In this document: piece after piece, positions 1 through 8,507 of the stretch | How positions within the stretch are numbered: the first letter of the stretch is position 1 | How the letters are laid out: each line of letters begins with the position of its first letter | DNA from: a virus | Virus record (IMG/VR): IMGVR_UViG_3300043778_000063 | Span: 1 to 64,000 of that record | Reading direction: 5' to 3' (one strand) | DNA: 64,000 nucleotides | Program-made: the position numbers and the translations under genes | The notes under the pieces: generated by a model | The model's input: the letters and a program-made list of their open reading frames with translations, nothing else | Database searches by the model: none | Told to the model about the DNA's origin: nothing

Positions 1-2
1 CG

Positions 3-242
3 ATTGTCGATCAAGCATCTCTGAGGCTCGCAGAGCCGGTCCTGGAGAAGGCCAACAAGGCCGACCTCGCCCTCGCCCGCGCCCTCGCCCTCGCCCGCGA
101 CCTCGCCCTCGCCCGCGCCCTCGCCCGCGACCTCGCCCTCGCCCTCGCCCTCGCCCGCGACCTCGCCCTCGCCCTCGCCCGCGCCGATAATTGGGAGAAG
201 AACGTAATCGGCATTCTTAATGCAGTTTGTTCAATCCCGTGA
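3..242 (+). CDS. Partial (5' truncated) hypothetical protein with DLALAR/ALAR low-complexity repeat
   Basis: Open frame IVDQASLRL...DLALARALALARDL...NAVCSIP*; its TGA overlaps the GTG of the next gene. Confidence 0.6.
   Translation: MVDQASLRLAEPVLEKANKADLALARALALARDLALARALARDLALALALARDLALALARADNWEKNVIGILNAVCSIP
63..186 (+). repeat. Degenerate hexamer tandem repeat (GCCCTC/GCCCGC/GACCTC)
   Basis: Directly visible; about 20 units. Confidence 0.9.
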
Positions 243-430
243 CCCCAGCCAAATACAGAGCGGCATTGAAAAATCTCGGCATCACGATTGTCGGGGCCGC
301 TCTCTATTTCGGGATCGGCCGCCGGCAGGCGCAGCGGATCGCAGCCGGCGATGGGCCGGTTCCGAATCTCGTTGCGAAGGTGATTGATCTGCTGATCGCC
401 GGGAAGCTGAAAAAGGAGGATTTGCTGTGA
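239..430 (+). CDS. Small HTH DNA-binding protein
   Basis: MTPAKYRAALKNLGITIVGAALYFGIGRRQAQRIAAG, an XRE/Cro-like pattern; GTGA overlap. Confidence 0.7.
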   Translation: MTPAKYRAALKNLGITIVGAALYFGIGRRQAQRIAAGDGPVPNLVAKVIDLLIAGKLKKEDLL

Positions 431-618
431 GATTTGAGTGCGAGGCGACCTTTCTCGAAAAGTGTCGAAAGGATGAGGCGGCCGTGCGTGAGTTGCTCGG
501 TCGATGGGTTTCAGAATTGGAGCCCGCCGTCTGTTATCATCGCGGCGAAATTATCGGTCTCACGCTTGCCGATGCTCCGCTAGGTTCTAAGCCATTTATT
601 TTGAGGCGAGATGACTAA
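427..618 (+). CDS. Hypothetical protein
   Basis: RBS AGGAGG; overlaps both neighbours. Confidence 0.55.
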   Translation: MRFECEATFLEKCRKDEAAVRELLGRWVSELEPAVCYHRGEIIGLTLADAPLGSKPFILRRDD

Positions 619-1702
619 ATCCAAACCACTCGCCATCGATCTTTTTGCAGGCCTTGGAGGCTGGTCTCACGGTCTGCTCGCCGAGGGCTGGGATTGCATC
701 GGTTTCGACATCGAACAGCACGTCTACGGCGATCACCGCTATCCCGCGCAGCTCGTGGTGCAAGACGTTCTGACGCTGCATGGCTCGCAATTCCGCAACG
801 CCGACCTGATCGTGGCTAGCCCGCCGTGCCAGGAATATTCGTGGATGGCCATGCCGTGGTCGAGGGCCAAGGCGCATGCGGCGGAGATCCGAGCCGACAC
901 CACGGGCGCCGAGCTGGCGCGGCTCAACCGTCTGTTCAACGCCTGTTTCCGCATCCAGCGCGAGGCGTGCGAAGCGGCCGGCCGCCATATCCCGATGGTG
1001 GTCGAGAACGTCAAGGGTGCGCAGCCGTGGGTTGGCCGTGCGCGCTGGATGTTCGGATCGTTCGCGCTCTGGGGCGACGTGCCGGCGCTGATGCCGATTA
1101 CGGGACGCCGAAGTCATATGAAATGCCCTAACGAAAGTTGGAGCCCATCGCGTCCGAGCTACACTAAAGATCACGCTTGGAAAGATGAGGCGACCAAAAA
1201 CAACGGCGGCTCATGGTTCAACGTCGCGCACAACACGACCAGCGGCAAAGGGCGTAACCCGGATGGGCGGAATCCGAAATGCGATTGCCAGCATCCTGAG
1301 ACAACGCCGGCAGGTTTCGCCGCAGTCAGCGTCAACTGTCCAGTTCATGGGAACGTCGGCCCGACGCTCTGCACCACGTTTCCATCGGCCCGATCGGGCG
1401 GTGCTGATCCAATGTGGCGGCGCGGATTTCAGGCGACGGCCGCAGATCAATTGCAGGCCGAAGGCGTCAAGCAGCGCGGCAGCGGCGCTGCTTGGTTCGA
1501 CGAAGCGCTGAACGAGCGTCGGCGGAATGCCACGGCAGCCGGCATGAAGACGGGAAACCGGTGGTTCGGCGATGGCAATGAACGGTCGCCGATGCGCCAG
1601 CACAACAGCAAATCGAACGCTCGCAAGATGGCCTGTGCCATGATCGCCAAGATCCCCGAACCGCTGAGCCGCCACATCGCCCGGACGTTCAAGCCTCGCT
1701 GA
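611..1702 (+). CDS. DNA cytosine-C5 methyltransferase-like protein
   Basis: Motif I DLFAGLGG, motif IV SPPCQ, motif VI VENV. Confidence 0.85.
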   Translation: MTKSKPLAIDLFAGLGGWSHGLLAEGWDCIGFDIEQHVYGDHRYPAQLVVQDVLTLHGSQFRNADLIVASPPCQEYSWMAMPWSRAKAHAAEIRADTTGAELARLNRLFNACFRIQREACEAAGRHIPMVVENVKGAQPWVGRARWMFGSFALWGDVPALMPITGRRSHMKCPNESWSPSRPSYTKDHAWKDEATKNNGGSWFNVAHNTTSGKGRNPDGRNPKCDCQHPETTPAGFAAVSVNCPVHGNVGPTLCTTFPSARSGGADPMWRRGFQATAADQLQAEGVKQRGSGAAWFDEALNERRRNATAAGMKTGNRWFGDGNERSPMRQHNSKSNARKMACAMIAKIPEPLSRHIARTFKPR

Positions 1703-1705
1703 TCC

Positions 1706-2914
1706 TCACCAATCCAGGAACCGCTTCCCGGCCTCGGGGATCTCAACGCCAGATTCATGAAGGATCTTGTACATTTGCGCTTGCCCGGCCAGGGAAGACG
1801 CAACGTTTTTCACCTCTTCTGGAACGCTATTCCAAGCCACCCCGCCGTCATCCCGAAATGTTGGCTTCCACCCGCTAGATAGAGCCCCTGAGATGATTTT
1901 CTCGCGGTGCCGGTAAACGTCGTCTTTCTGCTTGGCGGCCTCCTGGCGTTGCTTTGCTTCCTCTGCGGCGCGCTCAGCCGACGACATGTTCTTCCAGCGA
2001 TCAAAATCCTTGCGGTATTCGGCATGTTCTTCCCTGACCTCGGCATGCTCCCCATTGATCACCTGATCGATTTCCTCGATCGCCGATTTCAATTCATTGC
2101 GGAGACTTTCAATTCCGTCCCGCAAGGCCTCCTCCGCCTCTTCTATATCGGCCTCAATTTCGTCGGCATCAATTTCAGCAGTCGGAATCTTATCCCCGTC
2201 TTCGTCGAGGCCGCGGATGAGATGATCCAGCGTATCGGACAGCGAATCGACCTCTTCGAACTGACCGGACAGATCCTCAACGACGCGGGCTATCTTGATG
2301 GATTGAATGTGTGACAGGCCGAAATCCTCATGACTGACTTTCTCGATAGTAGCCCCTTCAGGCTTGTCTCCAATTAAAGCCGACAACTTGTTCGTGATTC
2401 CGATCAGATTATTGCGGACGTTAGCCGCCATGCGCGGGGCTTTTTCATACGCATATTCTTGCGCGCTCTGTTCCGCCTCAAACTCCAGCCCCTCTTCCAG
2501 TTCTGCGCGATCCTCTGGCGTGATGTCCCATATCTCGCCGAGCACGCTGTCGAACTCATCGTTCAGGTCGACCAACTTGGAATGCAGCCGCTCGCTCACC
2601 TTTGCCGCCTTGTCGAGCTTCAGTTCCTTCGCTGCCTTCGAGATGGACTGAGCCGCGCCAGATCCGAACTTGCCATCCGGCGCCCGCGGGTGCTCCGATT
2701 CCACGAACTCAGCGTCGCCCGCGAGGAAAGGGAGGACGGCATCGCTAGCCCCGCCTCCCTTGTTTTTCGGATCAAATCCGAGCATGGCAATGACATCTTC
2801 CGGTGTCTCATCAAGCTCAACATCGTCATCAGGTACTTCTGTGATTTGCCGTTTCCTCCAATCAGGAAGCGGAGTTTCAGCGGTTCCGAATCTCGCGTCT
2901 GGTAACATCATCAT
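1706..2914 (-). CDS. Acidic coiled-coil protein with HPRxxxGKF tag; putative internal head protein
   Basis: ATGA overlap with the portal stop; DETPEDVIAMLGFDP and EHPRAPDGKFGSG motifs; very E/D-rich. Confidence 0.75.
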   Translation of the reverse strand: MMMLPDARFGTAETPLPDWRKRQITEVPDDDVELDETPEDVIAMLGFDPKNKGGGASDAVLPFLAGDAEFVESEHPRAPDGKFGSGAAQSISKAAKELKLDKAAKVSERLHSKLVDLNDEFDSVLGEIWDITPEDRAELEEGLEFEAEQSAQEYAYEKAPRMAANVRNNLIGITNKLSALIGDKPEGATIEKVSHEDFGLSHIQSIKIARVVEDLSGQFEEVDSLSDTLDHLIRGLDEDGDKIPTAEIDADEIEADIEEAEEALRDGIESLRNELKSAIEEIDQVINGEHAEVREEHAEYRKDFDRWKNMSSAERAAEEAKQRQEAAKQKDDVYRHREKIISGALSSGWKPTFRDDGGVAWNSVPEEVKNVASSLAGQAQMYKILHESGVEIPEAGKRFLDW

Positions 2915-5616
2915 GCTGCGATCTTCCACGCTGCGAATACGGACGGATTGATATAGCTCTGCAATGCAATCACCGGCGTATTTCCGAGTTTCGAAGATAC
3001 CACTTTTGCCACCTCCATGACGGCCTTTTTATAATCCTTCTCGTTTTTTGGAGCTTCACGATTGGCTACCTCGCTAATCGCCGTGCGCGTGCCAAGCAGA
3101 GTTCGGAAATCTTTCGTTTTGAATCCACCCCCATCGAAGGAATGGACATGGTCCAGCAGCATCTTTTCATTGATAGGAAATAGCTGCCCATTGTCGCCCG
3201 CTGCTGACTTGCGCTCTCGAAGCATTGCCGCCGTTCCTGGATCGGTGACGGGAAGATCAAGCGAGACGCCCTTTTTACCGACAAATTTCAGCGAAACCCT
3301 CTCGCCATCGACAACGACATGCTTACCTTCCAGGGTAGTGGCTCCATACGCTTTCTTCTCTGCTCCAGTATCGTCTTCGCTGCCGGGTCGAATGCCTGTG
3401 GTCATGATCAGGTGGGCGCAATCCGCAGCGGCCCGTTTCTTAGGATCTCCGGATTTGCGAGCTTCTTCATTTTGCGCGTAGATCGAATTGAATTTCTGAT
3501 TAAGCTCATTGATGCGGGAAAACTTTGCTGCTGCTTGCCCGGCAGAAAATTCCGCTGAATAAACTGCCTGCCTACGCCCCTTCACATCCTTGCCTGTCGC
3601 CAGCAATGCCGCCTTCGGATCACTGCTGAACGTCACGTCGGTCCACGCTGGAGGAATCTTGAGCACTTGGATATGCGACGGGAGAGGTGACCCGGTAGAT
3701 GTAACGCGCTTGCCATCCACAATCTTTGTCGGCTGATGTGATGACTTAGAGCCTGATGATCCTCCACTTCCAGATCCGAATTTTCCGTCGTCATCTCTCG
3801 GATGCTTACTTTCGTCGAACGGAGCTTCGTCTTGCGCGCCGCCGCTGGCCTCTTTCTCGAACTCGGTCGCCGCGGAGCCAGCGCCTGGCCCGAGCAGGCC
3901 CTCCTCGGCCGGCGGCTCCGGCAGGTCGTCCGGTTTGAGATTCGTGTAGGGCAACTCTTTGTCGGCGATGATTATCTTGCGGACCTCGTCCGGCCCGACG
4001 GCTCCCATGTCGACATACTTCTGATGCGTGTCGGCGCTGTCCTTGTCCTTCTGTCCTTTCTCTGCCTGCGTGATCGGTCGAAGCTTTTCCCATCGATGCG
4101 TAATTTCCGGATCGATTTCACCCCACAATGACAATTGCTCGAAATTAATAGTTGTTCGAAGATGGCTGTCGAGGACACGCGCTTGATACGCAACAATATT
4201 GTCGTCATAGACCTCGATTTCACCTTCCGATGAGGCGTTCAAACCAGCGGGCTGAATTCCGGTGAATTTTACGAGCGGAAGGCGTCCAGGAAAGGCCATA
4301 TGCTCCTGAGCTTGCGCCTGGAGTTCGTGTAGGCCGGCCAGCGAGGCGGATACGTTCTTGAAATCTTCCGTTTTGTTATTGATTACGAAAGTTCCCATGT
4401 TATCGCGGAACATGTTGAATGCGGCGACTCGCGTCATCAGCGGTGTCACATTTCCCGGCTGCATCAGCGTCGATAGATCGGTCGCCAGCACCATGACCGA
4501 GAACGAGTGGATCAGCGCGTTAACGCTCGATACTGTCGTAATGAAGCGGTCGACGTACGGCTTCGCCATCTGCGTCAGGCTGAGGCCGCCGAACGCATAG
4601 GCTGGCTTCAGCATGTCCGGCACCGGGTGGGGGATGAATGTCAGCAGCCGCGAGCCGTGGAATTCCTGGCCGTTCACGTACCAGACCTGCGGATTGTACC
4701 AGTCCTGGCGCCACGGATATGCGGCGTTGTACATCAGCGGGTAGGCCCACATGGGCTCGATCGTCTTCAGCGCCTTGAACGACCCGATCGGGACTTTGGT
4801 CTTGCTGAGCGCATCGCGGCCATTCCCGATCGGGTTCTTGAGCTCCTCGACGTTGATGTCGTCCGAATCATTGGTCCGGATGTCGTGGAAGAGATGCGAG
4901 CGCCCGAAGAAGCCGCCGTTGCGCGCCTGCTCGTAATAGCGATCGCGGACCGCCAGGCGCAGCTGGTCGTCCTGCAGCGCCTTGACCTTGTCTGTCTTGC
5001 CGGCCGCGCCAACGCGCTTCTTGCGCTCGTCTGGATCGGCCATGCGCTCATCGTAGCCGGCCGGGTCCTTCTCGCGGTCCTCCTGCTGTGTCTTCTCGTC
5101 GCCGACGACGTCGAAGTCGATCCATTTCCTGGTCGCGTCATCAGCGATCGTCTCGGCCATGACGCGGTACTCCGGGCGCAGCGCGAGCTCCGACAGGTAG
5201 GTGTAGCCGAGGAACATGAAGCCCTCGCCGGCGAATCCGCCATCGCCGCCGGCGAGCCACTGATTCGAGGCAAACCCCAGATTGGCCGTCAGGGCGCTGT
5301 CCTGCGCCATCAGCAACTTGGAATCGGATGGAACCGCGGCCTTGGGGAACGCTGGCAGTTGGAACGGGTTGTCGGCCGACGTCCGCTCCTTCTTCGCCGA
5401 GTACTTCCGACTGATCTCCTCGATCTCAGGTAGCATCATCGCCCAGGCACGGGGATCAATCGCGGGGCCGACCTCGCTCTTGGGCTCAGCCGGCGCGAGG
5501 GGCGCGCGCGGCGCCAACTTCGTCTCCGCGACCTGGCGAGGCTTGTTGGGGTTCGGCTTGCGCCCCTGGCCGCGGCCGCCGCCGCCCCAGTTCGGGTTCC
5601 GCGGATTGGGCGCCAT
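2911..5616 (-). CDS. Portal protein (DUF1073/Acb1-portal-like) fused to C-terminal DNA topoisomerase IB domain
   Basis: N-terminal portal motifs (FLGYTYLSELA, HGSRLL, AYAFGGLSL, FTGIQPAGLNASSEGE); C-terminal Topo IB motifs IPPAW, GRRQAVY, GIRPG, YGATTL, FVGKKG, KDFRT, LGNTP..SYINP. Confidence 0.88.
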   Translation of the reverse strand: MAPNPRNPNWGGGGRGQGRKPNPNKPRQVAETKLAPRAPLAPAEPKSEVGPAIDPRAWAMMLPEIEEISRKYSAKKERTSADNPFQLPAFPKAAVPSDSKLLMAQDSALTANLGFASNQWLAGGDGGFAGEGFMFLGYTYLSELALRPEYRVMAETIADDATRKWIDFDVVGDEKTQQEDREKDPAGYDERMADPDERKKRVGAAGKTDKVKALQDDQLRLAVRDRYYEQARNGGFFGRSHLFHDIRTNDSDDINVEELKNPIGNGRDALSKTKVPIGSFKALKTIEPMWAYPLMYNAAYPWRQDWYNPQVWYVNGQEFHGSRLLTFIPHPVPDMLKPAYAFGGLSLTQMAKPYVDRFITTVSSVNALIHSFSVMVLATDLSTLMQPGNVTPLMTRVAAFNMFRDNMGTFVINNKTEDFKNVSASLAGLHELQAQAQEHMAFPGRLPLVKFTGIQPAGLNASSEGEIEVYDDNIVAYQARVLDSHLRTTINFEQLSLWGEIDPEITHRWEKLRPITQAEKGQKDKDSADTHQKYVDMGAVGPDEVRKIIIADKELPYTNLKPDDLPEPPAEEGLLGPGAGSAATEFEKEASGGAQDEAPFDESKHPRDDDGKFGSGSGGSSGSKSSHQPTKIVDGKRVTSTGSPLPSHIQVLKIPPAWTDVTFSSDPKAALLATGKDVKGRRQAVYSAEFSAGQAAAKFSRINELNQKFNSIYAQNEEARKSGDPKKRAAADCAHLIMTTGIRPGSEDDTGAEKKAYGATTLEGKHVVVDGERVSLKFVGKKGVSLDLPVTDPGTAAMLRERKSAAGDNGQLFPINEKMLLDHVHSFDGGGFKTKDFRTLLGTRTAISEVANREAPKNEKDYKKAVMEVAKVVSSKLGNTPVIALQSYINPSVFAAWKIAA

Positions 5617-5922
5617 TCAATTTGATCCTTGCTTTTTGAGCTCGCCGAGGCTCTCGAACACAGTGCAAGGCACGCCATAGCCGTACCATTGACCATTGCT
5701 GCCGAGCGGGTCGTTCTTGATCGGATCATCGAGCACGATCGCCACCGCGTTTTCGTCTTCATCCAGCGTGATCTGATTGATCAGGTTACCGTCAGGATCA
5801 CGGGACCGGAAGATGTCGCCCTTGCGGAGGTCCTGATATCGGCAGGGAGACCACCCTTCGCCGACCAGCCGCTCTGCGGTGATCACCTCGTCGGGCGGCG
5901 TGGGATGCCACTTCGCGGTCAT
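5617..5922 (-). CDS. Hypothetical protein
   Basis: Abuts portal start; ATGA overlap upstream. Confidence 0.65.
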   Translation of the reverse strand: MTAKWHPTPPDEVITAERLVGEGWSPCRYQDLRKGDIFRSRDPDGNLINQITLDEDENAVAIVLDDPIKNDPLGSNGQWYGYGVPCTVFESLGELKKQGSN

Positions 5923-6161
5923 GCGCTGGTCGGCGGCAGGTCCAGATCCGCCATGCTGTCGCAGGCCGTGGACCAGATCTGATGGATGATGGTTCCGTCT
6001 TTGTGGAAAACTGCCCCTTCGCTAAGCCGCTTGGCCTTCCTGCGGGCGCGGCGGGCCTCCGCAGCAGCCTTGCGGTCCTCCGCGCCGGCGCGCTTCTGGA
6101 TGGTCCGGACGGCATGCCGGTTGAACCCGTTCCCATGCGCGTCGATGTTGATAAAGGTCAT
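5919..6161 (-). CDS. Hypothetical basic protein
   Basis: RBS GAGG; overlap with the downstream gene. Confidence 0.6.
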   Translation of the reverse strand: MTFINIDAHGNGFNRHAVRTIQKRAGAEDRKAAAEARRARRKAKRLSEGAVFHKDGTIIHQIWSTACDSMADLDLPPTSA

Positions 6162-6221
6162 GACCCGTCCTCACTTGATTTGGTTTCAAGTTTGAAAATG
6201 CAATCAACCATGGCACGGCAC

Positions 6222-6258
6222 CAAAAGCAACGGCCCCAGGTGTGAGCCCGGGGCCGTT
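6222..6258 (-). terminator. Rho-independent terminator
   Basis: AACGGCCCC...GGGGCCGTT stem followed by GCTTTT on the - strand. Confidence 0.6.
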
Positions 6259-6513
6259 CTGCCGATCCGCGTCGGCTCGCCTACTCACAACCCTGTTCCG
6301 GTGGTAGATCGTCTTACGAGGCCGTTTGACCTCAGCCGTTCCAGATTTTGCCTTTGGTTGCTTTCGCTACGGGATTCTTACGTTGGCGTCACGGTTCTCT
6401 CCACCGCTGGGCCGCACCCGAAGGCCGCCAGTCCTTCCCTAAGCCACACCACTATGCAGGTGTCGCACCGTCTTTTGCCTTCCGCGCGTAAGCTCCTAGA
6501 CGGAGGAAACGTG

Positions 6514-6557
6514 GAACAAAAAGGCGGCCGAGCTGGGGGCGCTTTCTCGGCCGCCTT
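6514..6557 (-). terminator. Rho-independent terminator
   Basis: AAGGCGGCCGAG...CTCGGCCGCCTT 12-bp stem followed by TTTGTT on the - strand. Confidence 0.65.
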
Positions 6558-6815
6558 CGTTGATCCATGCCAGCGGCGACTTGGAGGGCCCACCGCCAGC
6601 ATGGAGGTCCGCGGTACTGTCTGCCGCGTCAGCTACGATCGGAGGATTTGCCTTTGTCTGGCCGAGGCTTACGATCGAAAGCCCCACCGAACTTGCCCGC
6701 TTGAATTGGCCTTGGTGCGTCGGCTACCGTCTGGGCCGTCAAACGATATAGGGAGATTTGTCCCCCGTGTCCAGCGCCACGCGCGGCCTATTCCCAGATT
6801 TCAGCACCGGCCGCA

Positions 6816-8507
6816 TCAATACCTCCGTTGTGGCGCGCCTGCCTGCGCGATCTGCCTCAGCATGTCCATCGTGATTTCAACCGGTGGCTGCTCCATCGGT
6901 GCGTAATGGATCACGACCGCATCAGCCTGATTCGGGCTCTTGCGGCCGTTCGGCTTCTTCTCGATGATGAGCTTGCCGACCTCGTTTTGCTTGTAGGTGG
7001 CCTGGCTCAGTTCCGCGACGAGCTTCATCAGATTCGGATTCTCGGAATTCAGCGAGATGATGTCGTCCGGCGGGCAGGCAACCCCAGTCTCGACCCAGCG
7101 GTAAGTCCGCTGGAACCGCTTCCGTAGCGACCACCACGATTGCGCCTTGTGGTTCCCGAAATAGTCCTGATTCGTGCGACCGGCGTCGCCCTCCGACCCG
7201 ATGGTGCCCTCTACGATCCCCTCCGGATCATAGACCCCTTCCGAGCCGCGATAGCCGATCGCCCGAATCACCCGGGCCTTGTTCTTGACGCGCCGCTCGT
7301 TGATCACCCGGGCATCGCCCCGGACATCTGCGCCCATGCCGTCGGCATCGTACCGGAACTCGGTGTAGCCGTTCTCATCGCAGACATCGAAGACATATTC
7401 CGTCGACGAGAAGATGTCGCCGCCCTTGCCACTCCACTCATCGGTCTCGACGACCTCGGTCCCCTCGCATCGCGCGATCGCGTTCTTGTCGTCCCCCTCG
7501 TCGGCGACGTCGAACGCAACGCCCTTCTTGCCCGACGGCGCGATGCCGAGCTTTTTCTTGGCATCGATCGCCGCGCGCACCCATAGGCCTGGGATGACCA
7601 CACCATGGATCGAGGCCGAATAATCCCGGTCGATCTCCTGGGCGACAATGACCGGATCCAGGTCCTCGCACTGGCGCTCATACCAGGCTTCGTCCTTTCT
7701 CGGGTCCTCCCTCCAGTCGAAGATGAAGACGTCGATCTTGCCGCCCCACCGCTTTTGCGCGAACAGATTGTTCATCCCGCGGACCGAACTCATACCAATC
7801 TGGCAATTGGTCGTCTGCGATAGCGCGGCTGCTACGAGCTCCTGGCGCGGGTGGTGAGCTTCCTCATCGAAGAAATACAGCGTAGTCCGATCGCCGCGGC
7901 CGATGTCGTCACCGCCTTCGCCAGCGATGATGGAGCCGGTCTCGGGGAACGTGATGCGCATGTACGGCGCATCACGCCAGGGGATGAACCCCCCGCGGAA
8001 CTCCTCTGGCAGATGCTCCATGAACATCCTGCCCTTGGGCAATAGCGGTTTGTAGGTACCGATCTTGTCCACGTATTCAGTCTTACGCGACCCGAATCCG
8101 ATCGCCACGCCATCGTTGAACAGACACAGCGTGCAGGATAGCGAGAGCGCCAGCCACGACACACCCATGTCGCGCGATTTCTCACACAGGCCAGGCCGGC
8201 GGTTCTTCCACCGATCGATTACCCAGTCGATCCACTCGCGTTGCCGCGGGAACAAGATGAACGGGATCAGCGTCGGCAGACCGATGTCGGCGTTGCGGGG
8301 GTCGTGCGTCACCCCCCAGTCGTTGATGAAGTCGGCCGGGTGCGCCGCGTAATAGGTCTTGAGCTCTGGTAATCGCTCTGGATGCTCGCGGAGCTTCTCG
8401 AGGTTCTCAAGCCGCGCCCGGAAGATCGCCGCATATTCCGGCTGCTTCCAGTTCATCGCCAGAACCGGGAGGCTCTCGGTCTGGTACTCGATCTTGGGGA
8501 TGTTCAC
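6816..8507 (-). CDS. terL: Terminase large subunit
   Basis: Walker A-like EKSRDMGVSW, Walker B YFFDE, nuclease FDVADEGDD and SPNQADA; GTG start overlaps the HNH stop. Confidence 0.92.
   Translation of the reverse strand: MNIPKIEYQTESLPVLAMNWKQPEYAAIFRARLENLEKLREHPERLPELKTYYAAHPADFINDWGVTHDPRNADIGLPTLIPFILFPRQREWIDWVIDRWKNRRPGLCEKSRDMGVSWLALSLSCTLCLFNDGVAIGFGSRKTEYVDKIGTYKPLLPKGRMFMEHLPEEFRGGFIPWRDAPYMRITFPETGSIIAGEGGDDIGRGDRTTLYFFDEEAHHPRQELVAAALSQTTNCQIGMSSVRGMNNLFAQKRWGGKIDVFIFDWREDPRKDEAWYERQCEDLDPVIVAQEIDRDYSASIHGVVIPGLWVRAAIDAKKKLGIAPSGKKGVAFDVADEGDDKNAIARCEGTEVVETDEWSGKGGDIFSSTEYVFDVCDENGYTEFRYDADGMGADVRGDARVINERRVKNKARVIRAIGYRGSEGVYDPEGIVEGTIGSEGDAGRTNQDYFGNHKAQSWWSLRKRFQRTYRWVETGVACPPDDIISLNSENPNLMKLVAELSQATYKQNEVGKLIIEKKPNGRKSPNQADAVVIHYAPMEQPPVEITMDMLRQIAQAGAPQRRY

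Larger units (their letters stand above)
6222..6790 (-). ncRNA. Candidate structured ncRNA(s), unknown family
   Basis: Long gap without a credible ORF; several GC stems, UUCG/GNRA-type loops and two terminator hairpins. Confidence 0.45.

Noticed and set aside
63-186. CRISPR array, or the minus-strand (RA)n ORF at 11-214
   Set aside because: No unique spacers; the + frame couples to the next gene and is the better reading
2911-3720. Tyrosine integrase interpretation of the portal C-terminal domain
   Set aside because: Motifs (IPPAW, GRRQ.Y, KDFRT, LGNTP..SYI.P) match Topo IB rather than the integrase HxLRH/LGH pattern
6600-6660. c-di-GMP-I riboswitch (AAAGGCAAA...GACGC resemblance)
   Set aside because: Lacks the GAAA-capped P2 stem and GCAAAG continuation; kept only as an unassigned structured RNA
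6301-6906. 201-aa + strand ORF and other short ORFs in the terL-portal gap
   Set aside because: No RBS or recognisable motifs; antisense to the operon or crossing terminators
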